Assembly (NCBI GenBank): GCA_023231475.1
Contig: JALJEE010002316.1
Span: 177,879-197,878 of the forward strand
Length of the DNA stretch: 20,000 nucleotides
Direction of reading: 5' to 3'
Source: Seison nebaliae
Taxonomy: Eukaryota
The notes under the pieces were generated by a model, which was given only the letters and a program-made list of their open reading frames with translations, was not told the origin of the DNA and did not search any database. Positions within the stretch are counted from its first letter, which is position 1. Each line of letters begins with the position of its first letter. Shown here one piece after another: positions 10,501 through 20,000 of this stretch. Made by a program: the position numbers and the translations under genes.

Positions 10501-12366
10501 ATATGTCATTTATGGATGTTGTTTATAATCCTTTCGTTCCAATATCTGTTAGTTATGCTCAGTATCAATCTGTTCATTAAGTTTCTTTTCAGACGATGGT
10601 GAAATATGAAAGAATCGAATTATTGTCACATCCAGTGACAACTCTCTTTCTCGACTACAAATGGAGGAGACATTGTGGAATTGTCCAATTTTTGAATTTG
10701 GCATTTTTCGCCTTTTTCCTTTTTCTTTTTACTCTCTTCATTTGGCAATATGATATCTGTTATCATGAAGACGTCAATTTCCTGGACGAACTAGTTAAAA
10801 AAATTCGTGGCGAAGAAATTATGATTTATAACGAGACTGCTCAAAGTTATTTTGAGAGAAAGAATTTTTCCATATTTTCAAATACCTCCCAAAAGAATCG
10901 TTGTACCGATTTACATATGCATCCCCAAGAAGTTCAAATTTATTCTTTCCTTCAAATCTCCATTATCTGATGACTTTAGGTGATATCTTATGAAATTCGT
11001 TTGTTCATCTCAAAAGATAGTTCGTTGAAATTTAAAGCGATTTGTTTATTCGTATATTCGTTATTGAGAGTTTTTGAATTGATATTTTTGTTGATATTGG
11101 AAGTTCAATTTTTTTTCTATCTATATCTTCCATTCTTTCCTTATCCGTATTTGCTGTTAGAAATATCGATATTTTCAAATCGATCGAATCATGCAATGGT
11201 TCGTCTATCTTCCATGTCTCTTATTTTCGTTACCATTCTGTTATGACATCTCTTCACACACTCAATGGGTTATGGGAACTATTTCCATATTTTTCGCTTG
11301 GTTCAACTTATTACTCTTTGTTCAACGGTTTTCAATTCCATTCAAATTTTCAAAAATAAAATTAAAAATAAAAAAAAATTTTACATTTTTCAGATTAGAT
11401 ATCGGAGGTATTTATGTGGTGATGTATTTCGAGATTTTAAAAACGTTATTAAAAGTGGCGATCATTTTTAGTATCCTCATGATTGGATTCGCTTTCTCAT
11501 TTATCATCATATACTCATACCAAATCGACAGTCCATTCCATCAACCGTTAAATGGAATCATAGAAATCTTATTCATGATGATGGGAGATACGAGAAATTT
11601 TGAACTTTTCTCTGCGTCACACGATCATGATAATTCCAATGATCTCCATTTTCCCAGTATCTCCCACATATTCATCGTCACTTTCCTTCTGTTAATGTGT
11701 CTCTTATTAATGAATTTACTCATCGGTTTGGCAGTCGGTGACATTGGAAGTGTGAGACAGAATGCCGAATTGAAACGATTGACTTTAAGAGTGTTGCTTC
11801 ATTGCGAATTGGAAAGAAAAATTCCGAAACATTATCATCATCATTTGGAAGTTCCAGCTATCCGAATTTTTGTTAATCGAGAACATTCGTTATTTCGAAC
11901 AGTTAATATATTTAATTCTATTATTTATTTAATTATTTTATTTTCTTATTATCCATTTCTAGTTGAAAGAATTCGTTAGACAAAGTACAGATTATAAAGA
12001 TGGTAGAATCAGTTCACTTTGGAATGTGGAGAACTTTTACATTACGAAAACTTATCGTGATCGACTTATGCAATCGTTCTTCAAACAACATAATCGTGAT
12101 ATCCATGAGAAAGCGGTTGATGTTCTTTCTCCAAATAAATTGTTGACACATTTCTCATCAATTGAAGACAATATCGATAAAAACACAAACAAGTTACACA
12201 TCTCTCAAATTTTTCAAATAATCTTTTTGTGTTTAGTATTTGTCAAATTAATCAAAAATTAGACAGTTTAATGGATATCATTCAAAATCGATTAATGAGA
12301 GAATGTTCTATTGATTATGCTTCTTATACATCATCAACCGAGAAATCGAACAAGACAAAACTTTAA
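7509..12366 (+). CDS. TRPA1: TRPA1-type ankyrin-repeat cation channel, 19 exons, ~1259 aa
   Basis: Introns: 7560-7632, 7790-7840, 8023-8067, 8176-8225, 8481-8544, 8734-8780, 8988-9034, 9173-9225, 9426-9466, 9582-9776, 10032-10077, 10138-10181, 10548-10592, 10932-10979, 11103-11160, 11328-11393, 11902-11962, 12193-12236. Removing them leaves one 3780-nt frame with many ankyrin repeats (GNTPL, TPLHKAA, SPLHLAA), MVKYERIELLSHPV, GIYVVMYFEILKT, pore MMMGD and S6/TRP-like LMNLLIGLAVGDI..VRQNAELKRL. Confidence 0.96.
9625..9764 (+). repeat. Degenerate 26-nt minisatellite (about 5 copies) in TRPA1 intron 10
   Basis: Units: tcaaatacaatttgtccattttattc (9625), tcaaatataattagtccattttattc (9651), taaaatacaatttgtccgttatgttt (9677), ccaaatacattttatccgttttatat (9703), tcaaatataatttgttcatcctttcc (9739). 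Confidence 0.85.
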
Positions 12367-13157
12367 CAATTTTAGATTATCGTCAAGTAACATTAAATGG
12401 AAAATTTTTAAACATTATTTTTTCCAGTAGTTTCAAATCGAAATAATTTAAATTTCCTTCACATTTAAATCATTATCATCAGACGGTGAATAATAATTCA
12501 AAAGAATAATATCGGTTACGATATCGATGAAACGATATATTCCTTTCCCACAAGATTTTTACTGATTGTAAAACGGTGCTGGTATGTAAAAAAATCTATA
12601 GAAATCAGTGAGTTGATCGGAAGTTTGATTAAATGTTACTGTAAACATAATATCAACTCAACACATAAACGAATATTCAAGTTTTCTTCAATATTATTTT
12701 TCCACAGTTGAGAAATGATTACAGGAAAAGAAAAAAATTTTTGAATTTAAAAACCTAGTCTCCATATATGGTAGTCTTTTCATACCGATATTATAAAGCA
12801 TTCTATATAGATTCTATATATCTAACCTATATAAACATTCTAAACTAACAAATTTCAAGAAACGGGAAAAAATAGACAGAGTTTATTTAATGATAAAATT
12901 GATATTCAGTTGAATTTTGAGTTGCTTTAACGTTTGTTTCTTATTAATATCAACGTTGGATGCAGATTAACTTTCAACCGTTTCAAATTTTGTACGCTAG
13001 GGGTTTCAGACCTCGATTATTTCAGAGTAATGCAAACAGCAAAAGTGAAGTTGATTTTAAAAAAAATCATAAATAAAAATTGGATTGTTAATTATTTTTA
13101 ACTTAATTCATTTCAGTTTATTACTGCATTTAAGTAGTTTAAGTTCTTTCGAAAAAT

Positions 13158-15126
13158 ATGGCAAACTTATTAGAAAAGATTTTCATAATAATTAACACTC
13201 ACATAATTATATGTTTATCCAAACGGAGATATTATGATATCTATCAAAGAAATTGTGATGGTCTTACTGTTTTAGGTCTACGTTTCAATTTCACACATCT
13301 TTGTAACAATAATCATCATGTGTCTATGGCGTTCGAAGGTTAATTTTACTATTGTGAAATGGAGAGAAAGATGTTTGTTTTTTGTTTATTTTAGACAAAG
13401 AGAAGTTTCTTGTTGTGGCCGACGCACTTGGTAAAAACATTACATCACTGGGATGGAAAAAGACAGTTGAAATATATAATTTGACTTGACTATATTTTCA
13501 TAGAAATAGATTCCCGAATTGTTGAAGACTAATATGAAAATTCGCGGGGACTTTTTTGAATTGGGTCACGAGTTCTAAGATTTTAGTTGCGAAGAATTAA
13601 CATAGTTTATCATCTTTTTCATACATCTAGATTTACGGGTCATAGCCATTCTCTATGTGTGGTTAATTTTTTCATTTCAACATTTGTTCAATATTATTTT
13701 CTTAAAGAAATTAAATTTCAATGAGACTGGAGCATTTATATTTAACGCCACTAACTATTTTCAATCAGCTTCTACTCTTTTAGTGGATATTCTTCCTACT
13801 CATATAAAATGCAAGGATGAAAACGGTTATCTCGTATTTATGTTACAGAAGAATGTCGGTACGGAAATATTTTTAACTCAAAACGTAATTGCGTTAGTTT
13901 CTCATGAACTCGCATGATTATTGAAATATCTTACAAGTTGTTTGGGACGAATAATTTAAGGAAATTTCAAAAAATTCTTTTAAATAGAAATATCTGTTTT
14001 GAACGTTATTATTATATTATTATGTTTCGTTTTTTTTAGGACCGTTACGCCGAAGCCTGAAGAAGGTTAATATATTTCTTTTTTTTGTAAATTAGTAAAC
14101 AAAGTACAATAAAAAATAATCATGAAATGAGGAAAAGAATCGATGATATGGAAGTGTCTGGAATTTGAATTTTCATCTAAAAAAATTCTAGTCATAATTA
14201 ATTAAATAACCAAATTTTCAATACTTGTTCTGCTGAAATGAATAATGTCTGCTTCTTTCGTAGAAAACTTCTTACGAAAAAACAAAGAAAATTATAAAAC
14301 AGTCCGTAAAGAAATAACATTCACTGCTCGAAAGCATGGTGTGTCTGATGTAGAAAGCATCATTCTAACAGACGATACTATCATAAATAGTATGAAAGAG
14401 AGTGTTTGTAGTAATTATATAAAATTTAAGGTTCCTCTTTTTTCAAGACGTCATATCTAACATTCATAGGAACTTAAAGATCAATTTGGCATTGGATGGA
14501 AAGTTTATTCGATGAAGTTCAAGAAAATTTACAAAGAAAAAAACAAGATTATGTGTGATACTATCCTTAATGTCATAGCCAATGTTAAAGAACTTTAATT
14601 ACCATTGAATTTATTATGTCGTGACGAATACATTAGGTAACGAAACGGCAATACGAAAAATTGAATAAAACTCGTTCAACATTTAAGTTCAATACCATAG
14701 ATGCTACACATGAGAAACTTAAATACAAAATAAACGTAGCCCACATAGAACAAAGTAGTTTTTTAATAAGTACACCATTTTATTCTATCAATTTCCAATT
14801 GTAGGGATTATAGCGGAAGAAAGTTCATCAATTAACTTGAACACCAACAGTCATCTCAAATATACGATTATCTCTACAATTGTGATAGTGGTCATTTTTG
14901 GTTTAATTGTTACAGTAATAATTTTAATCAAATGTCGCCGGAAGAAGAAAAAATTCGTATAGTTCGATTTTAAATTACAAATACAAAAAACGATATTAAT
15001 AGTTCAACTAGATCCAAAGAAACTAATGTGGATGTGGCGAATTATATTACCGATAACTACTATTATCAAGCTGATTCTAAAACTTTTTGGTCGTCGACTG
15101 TTATGGGTGGTTTACATCGCACTTGA
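13158..15126 (+). CDS. Unrecognised type I single-pass membrane glycoprotein, paralogue A, 11 exons, ~403 aa
   Basis: Exons 13158-13338, 13395-13465, 13510-13571, 13631-13661, 13708-13892, 14040-14065, 14264-14403, 14470-14583, 14637-14757, 14805-14961 and 15003-15126 total 1212 nt, all with GTT..AG introns. It has a hydrophobic N-terminus, several N-x-S/T sequons, a TM segment (TIISTIVIVVIFGLIVTVIILI) followed by KCRRKKKK, and a Tyr-rich tail. Exon-by-exon similarity to paralogue B supports the model. Confidence 0.78.
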
Positions 15127-16151
15127 CTCAAGTATATACGTAACATAGATATATTCTCGCATAATCATTTTTATATCAACGACGTACTTATTATGTACAA
15201 AGTAATCATAGATAGTGATAATAATATTAAACAAAGTTTGGAAAATTGTAGAATGAACCTTATTTTTTGAGATTTTATAAATAATTTATGAATAATGTTA
15301 TCTGCTAGGTCGATTAAAATAGTCTTGCGTTTAATTAACTAATTTCGTTTTAAATTTGGTTAATATGGAAAAATTGTTCTTTAATGAAGTGAAATAAAGT
15401 AGTGAGTACAGAATTAGTTGACGTTATTATTTATCAACTATTCTTAATAATAATAAATAAATAATAACGTAAAATATTTACGCCGCTTGTTTATAGAGAT
15501 GCTAAGGGATATTTTCTTAACCAATCTAATTAGAATTCTTCAAAATTTACTCTACAGAAATATTTTCCCCTTACTTATGTTCATTTATTTGCTTTCTCTC
15601 CCTGTAACGCCAAATCAATTTTTGTCAAAAAAAACTTCGTTGTGTATTTTTTCACCTAATACCTATCGTACAACAATTCTTATCCAATATAAATATATTT
15701 ATAGTTAACAAAGGGTTAGAGAACCTTCCTATCAATGTAAACCATTCTACCATGGGAAAATGGTGTAGAATCTAGTAGTCCTTAAATGAATTTCTTGGAC
15801 GAAAGCAAAAACCGTGAAGATATAGTAGATGTACAATATTTTAAAAACAGTCAATTCACCTACAGTATGACTTACCGGGCATAAATTTTTTTTCAGTATT
15901 TTTCAACCAACCTCCTCGGTTGTTCTAAAAAAGCTGAATAACTTACATTATTATTCGTTATTGTTAGAGGTATTCTTTTTCTAACGAAAATAATGAATGA
16001 AGGAAAAATGATTACAAAATAGAATATATTGAATTGAAATGTAATTACTTTACCTTTTTCCAAATAATTTAATAGATTTCCCATTATAATTTACCTTATT
16101 TTTTTTAATTTTCTGAAAAACAGAAAAACGGTTTTACATGTCTCGAGACAT

Positions 16152-18520
16152 ATGGATTATTACTGTAATATAAATTATTCTACAATAATTACAATAATCA
16201 TTATACTGTTTTCGAACTGCACTATTGTACTTCCTACTGGAAGTAAAACTGGGTTTTACCAGCTGAATAATAACGCGCGTTATTGTAGAAATAAGAAATA
16301 TGTTAATAACATATCATCATATTGCCCTAAAGTTCTCCTACACTATTTACAAGTTCCACGTTTAACTTTTTTACAATCGATAATTTAAATTTGTTGTATG
16401 TTGAAAAAAAAATTAAGTCCAAGGAAAAAGTAACAATGTGCCTAGCGGTCCTGGTGGAAAGGCACGACCTGAAGTTAGCGGTTTATACTATTCAATTTGT
16501 AATTATCAATCAAAATAGCTGGAAGCCAAATCCTCGCCATTAAAAGGATCATTTTATATCTTACGACAAATGTTATTAGATTAAAGTTGAAATTTCTTTC
16601 ATAATCTTGTTTAAAGAACTCAAGACGTACCATCTGCACAAAATTGTATAGTTTGTATATCATGTAAAGAATAGAATTGACTTTTTTCCTCAAGCAATTA
16701 TTAGAAAACAAGATGGCGATTTATCAATTAACTGAAACGGAGTTCAATATTCGTGTACCTAATAAACATACATTTCCTTTTGTACGTTGCAAATTGAAAA
16801 ACGGTAAGAACAGGTACATACTGGAAAGAAAAATGGGTGAAAAATATTCTTTAACAAATAAAATTATTTGGTTAGTAAAAATTTTATGCATTATTATGAA
16901 ATCATTACTTCGTGGAGATGAGGTTCGTTGTTCTTCCCAATTTCTTTCTAAATGGAAGGTTCTTTCCCCCATTTAATTATATAAGTAATTAAGCATTATA
17001 GACGATTAGATTAAACCTATAATTATAATATGAATATATGAAAACTATATAATAATAATAATAATAATTTTATTTATTTCATTTGTAATAATTCATTTTA
17101 AGTGATACTATTTTTTTGATAGGATAACAACAATCACTACAACTACAACAACCACTACAACTACAACAACCACCGCTACAAGTGCAATATTTAGGTTAAA
17201 TTTCATATTAATTTAACGATGAATAACATTATTGATTAATTGTATATTTTTCCATAATTAATTAATTAATAATTATTCATTACCCCAATTTTAGGGAATA
17301 ATTAACCATGCAGAGTATAAAATCAAATCCCCTAGGAGCAAATTAAAAAGAAGATAAGATTATTGTTATTTATTTTTAAAATTCCCATCAGAATAATTTG
17401 GAAAAAACGGAAAAATTAAATAATTAAATAATGTAGTAAATAATTATTTATTACAATAATATAAATTTTATTTTATTATCCAACATTATAGTACTACTGC
17501 ATTGGATTCGGGAAAGAATCTACCCAAAAACGGTAAGTCACTTTAATCATACTTCTCTACTTAAAATCATTTTTTTTCATTTTATTCTTATTATCATTAA
17601 TTATTATTACTATTAACAAGTTGTCAAAACTAATGGAAATTTCAAAACTGTGTAATAATAAACTTAATATGAAAATTATTGTATTGAAATAGCTTCCAAT
17701 GGACTTAAAAAAGTGGAAAATGTCCTAAACTTTGTTGTAAAAACTACAAACGTCACACAACAAGATCTGCACGATATGGCAAGGAGCGATATATCTTTGC
17801 AAAATAGAATAGAAATTTGTGAAAGAACTACAAAAATGCCTAATGTTTAATAATTTAAAACTTTAAAGACTTTATAATCGAACTTGATAGACTCTTCACG
17901 ATCCACATAATATTACTTGGGATTTAAATAAATTTATTTTTACAAACGGTACTCGTGAAGGAGAGGGAATTTATTGTGAAACTGAGGTTCACGTACAATC
18001 AATGGTTCCTGATTTTCGTCTCGACCCGATTTCCACAATTTGTGTTTAATATTCAATAAATTTATTAGTTAAGTGAAAGTCAATATAAAACTCTAGTAAA
18101 AGACCCTTCACCAAGATATGAAGGATTTGGTAAAGATATGGAAATTTTCAATTTAACCCGAAGTTAATTCCTCTTTTATTGAACTTGGATGAATTAATAT
18201 GACAGTTAAACAGTAATTGTAACTAAAAACCCGTTTAAGAAACCCGTTAATGTTAAGTTCTGGCTGAAAATCGGAATTGCAGCTGTTGTCTTTTTAATTT
18301 CGGTTGTGCTATGTATTGTGTCGGCTCGTATTGCGAGTAAGAGAGCTCCTAAAGAACGTCGAAAGTTATTTATTATTTAATTCTATAATAGACAATACAA
18401 ATCACTTCAATTTATAGATCACTTTCCAAACATCATAATGTCAGACCTGGTTATGGAGGACAAGATTATACATATATATCTTATTATGTGACTAATCCTG
18501 AAAAAGTCTCACAAGTGTAA
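16152..18520 (+). CDS. Unrecognised type I single-pass membrane glycoprotein, paralogue B, 12 exons, ~417 aa, with Thr-rich stalk
   Basis: Exons 16152-16359, 16418-16473, 16519-16571, 16617-16650, 16695-16870, 17123-17194, 17492-17532, 17693-17844, 17891-18004, 18069-18162, 18214-18364 and 18418-18520 total 1254 nt. Features: signal-like IITIIIILFS, TM IGIAAVVFLISVVLCIVSA, C-terminus EKVSQV*. The exon 2 frame and the 17533-17692 junction are the least certain parts. Confidence 0.75.
17124..17180 (+). repeat. Coding (ACN)n repeat giving a poly-Thr, mucin-like run
   Basis: Translates as ITTI(T)13AT and contains actacaactacaacaacc x2. It is bounded by an acceptor ending at 17122 and a GTTAAA donor at 17195. 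Confidence 0.75.
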
Positions 18521-18776
18521 ATGTTTTTTTTGAAGAGTTATATCTGAAGTTATAAAAATTACGAAAAATTAAACTTTTTCTTAAATATAACAGGCAAATA
18601 GAGCTTGAAACAGATTTGATAAAAATATAATTAACAAACTAATTTACCAACATTATTTTAACAAGTTCGTATATGTAGGTTAGGTTGCTTCCCAAATAGA
18701 TGAGATTAATAGATCCTACAATGTATTCCTGTCATATAAAACTTACACTGTAAATATCGATTTTTTTAAAATAAAA

Positions 18777-19169
18777 TTAAAGTCCCGGTGCTTTAATCAC
18801 TTCTGATAATCCGATAATTCGAGCTAAGCACTTGTAGTGGTCACAATAACAACGAAGTGTTTCCATCAGATGAACTCCATTAATGGAGTTGCCAGAACTA
18901 TCAAATATTCCTATCGTTTCATTACTTATTAGTTCCTTTCGTTCTATTTTTATCCTATCTTTCCTGTTTTTTTTTTTAAACGTGTGATTATGATGAATTC
19001 AATCTAAATTTCCAATCTAAATTTCCATTTCCAATGAAACCTATAGGTTTCAAATAATCAATTAATTAACAAACTTAATTTTTCTCTCTTTCATATCATC
19101 GAACATCATATTTTGAGTCGAGAAATTTAAAAAATAACTAATTGTAAGTAAAATATTCGGTTTGAACAT
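18777..19169 (-). CDS. Candidate small protein, 2 exons, ~93 aa, unknown
   Basis: Exon 19169-19075, a GTTTGT..CAG intron at 19074-18964 and exon 18963-18777 give MFKPNILLTISYFLNFSTQNMMFDDMKERKIKKDRIKIERKELISNETIGIFDSSGNSINGVHLMETLRCYCDHYKCLARIIGLSEVIKAPGL*. I recognise no homology. Confidence 0.4.
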
Positions 19170-19723
19170 GAAAAAGTGATGCAGAATATAAAATTTTTTT
19201 TTAGATGTCCAATAATTACGTAATTATCGAAAAGGGTTTTTTGCATTATCTAAGAAATTTTAATTCGTTGAAAAATTCTAATTATCCTATCTTCTTCAGC
19301 ATCATCAATTGTTATTAAAATTGGTAACAGAAAATTATATTTTTTTTGCATTTTCTGTGCACATATTTCAGCACTCACATAAAATAGATCTCAAATTGAT
19401 CCTCCAGTTTTTCTTAATTTATGATTAAAAATTCATGTCAATAGAGTGAATATTCTTTATTTTATGGATAAAAGTATAAGAAACATTTTTTAAGTTTTTC
19501 GCTAATTTTTTACTAAATCGAATTTTGGATTGCATTGCTAATCGGTCCTTTGTCTCCTATGAAGAAAGTTATGAGCATTTTTTAAAAAAAATTTGTCCGA
19601 TTACTTTTAAATCAAAATTATTTTTTTTTTTTTTTTTTTTTTTAATATTTTTTCTAATTTATCTCGATGTGAATTGGAAAAACTTAAGAGATATTTTTTT
19701 GAAAAAACGAGAAAAGAGAGAAA

Positions 19724-20000
19724 ATGATCAATAGTGGTACATGTACCGAAAATCACGACGCTAACTCGTCTATTATTTCCGATATACCGGTATCGATCAC
19801 ACCTTTGGTTCCTGGTGTCCCAACGCAACTTACAAGAGTTAACCAGTTACTCAAGTCAGGGAGCATTCGGGAATTGCTCGAGAAATCTTCATCCAAAAGC
19901 GGAAGGAAGAGGAAGAATGGTGAGACCGATGGTGTTCCTTCAAATTGTGAAACACCTTTCGTTGGCATGAAAGTCCCAAAACCAGGTTCGAACCAAAGTG
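19724..20000 (+). CDS. 5' part of a gene running off the window; low-complexity N-terminus with NLS-like GRKRK
   Basis: ATG at 19724 (aaaATG) opens 92 codons to the window end: MINSGTCTENHDANSSIISDIPVSITPLVPGVPTQLTRVNQLLKSGSIRELLEKSSSKSGRKRKNGETDGVPSNC... GC content rises sharply at the ATG. Confidence 0.72.
   Translation, partial: MINSGTCTENHDANSSIISDIPVSITPLVPGVPTQLTRVNQLLKSGSIRELLEKSSSKSGRKRKNGETDGVPSNCETPFVGMKVPKPGSNQS

Noticed and set aside
740..12366. Fragmented ORFs read as pseudogenes, frameshifts or an alternative genetic code
   Set aside because: Every break is explained by a GT..AG intron restoring conserved sequence, and TAA/TGA serve as normal stops.
12490..12711. 73-codon open frame after TRPA1 containing IKCYCKH
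   Set aside because: No ATG, no in-phase acceptor and no recognisable homology; a minus-strand alternative needs a 32-nt intron, below the observed floor.
15487..16084. ORFs 15487-15708 (+) and 15893-16084 (-), a small hairpin near 15754-15771 and a minus-strand GTAAGT; considered as SL RNA/snRNA or a gene
   Set aside because: I could build no consistent spliced model and found no recognisable snRNA or SL sequence.
17621..17692. In-frame VVKTNGNFKTV***T*YENYCIEI upstream of paralogue B exon 8 (stop readthrough?)
   Set aside because: A phase-1 acceptor ending at 17692 joins the frame without it. It may be decayed exon or chance.
19525..19970. Four track ORFs near the window end
   Set aside because: They are wrong-frame, antisense or poly-T (19621-19643) artefacts; the frame open from ATG 19724 to the edge is preferred.
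1..20000. tRNA, rRNA, U1/U2/U5/U6 snRNA genes or transposase/RT remnants
   Set aside because: I saw no diagnostic motifs by eye; Infernal and tRNAscan-SE would be needed to exclude divergent copies.

Overview
Eukaryotic (animal) DNA from a very compact, AT-rich genome with many tiny introns; it is not prokaryotic. On the + strand I can reconstruct by hand, with continuous reading frames: an HCN (Ih) channel (9 exons, ~1452 aa, ~750-aa C-terminal tail), a 57-aa single-TM microprotein, mitochondrial ribosomal protein S15 (4 exons), a TRPA1 channel (19 exons, ~1259 aa), two divergent tandem paralogues of an unrecognised type I membrane glycoprotein (11 and 12 exons, nearly invisible in the ORF track), and the 5' end of another gene. 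A small minus-strand gene is also possible. The strongest signal is the splicing code. Of the 29 introns in the three conserved genes, 27 begin GTT (18/18 in TRPA1), only 3 have G at +5, 18 have A at exon -1, 8 end in AAG, and none is shorter than 41 nt. TRPA1 also shows a ~90-aa insertion and substitutions at the electrophile- and Ca2+-sensing positions. I cannot identify the organism from the sequence; a small-genome invertebrate is inferred. All family comparisons are from memory, not from database searches.
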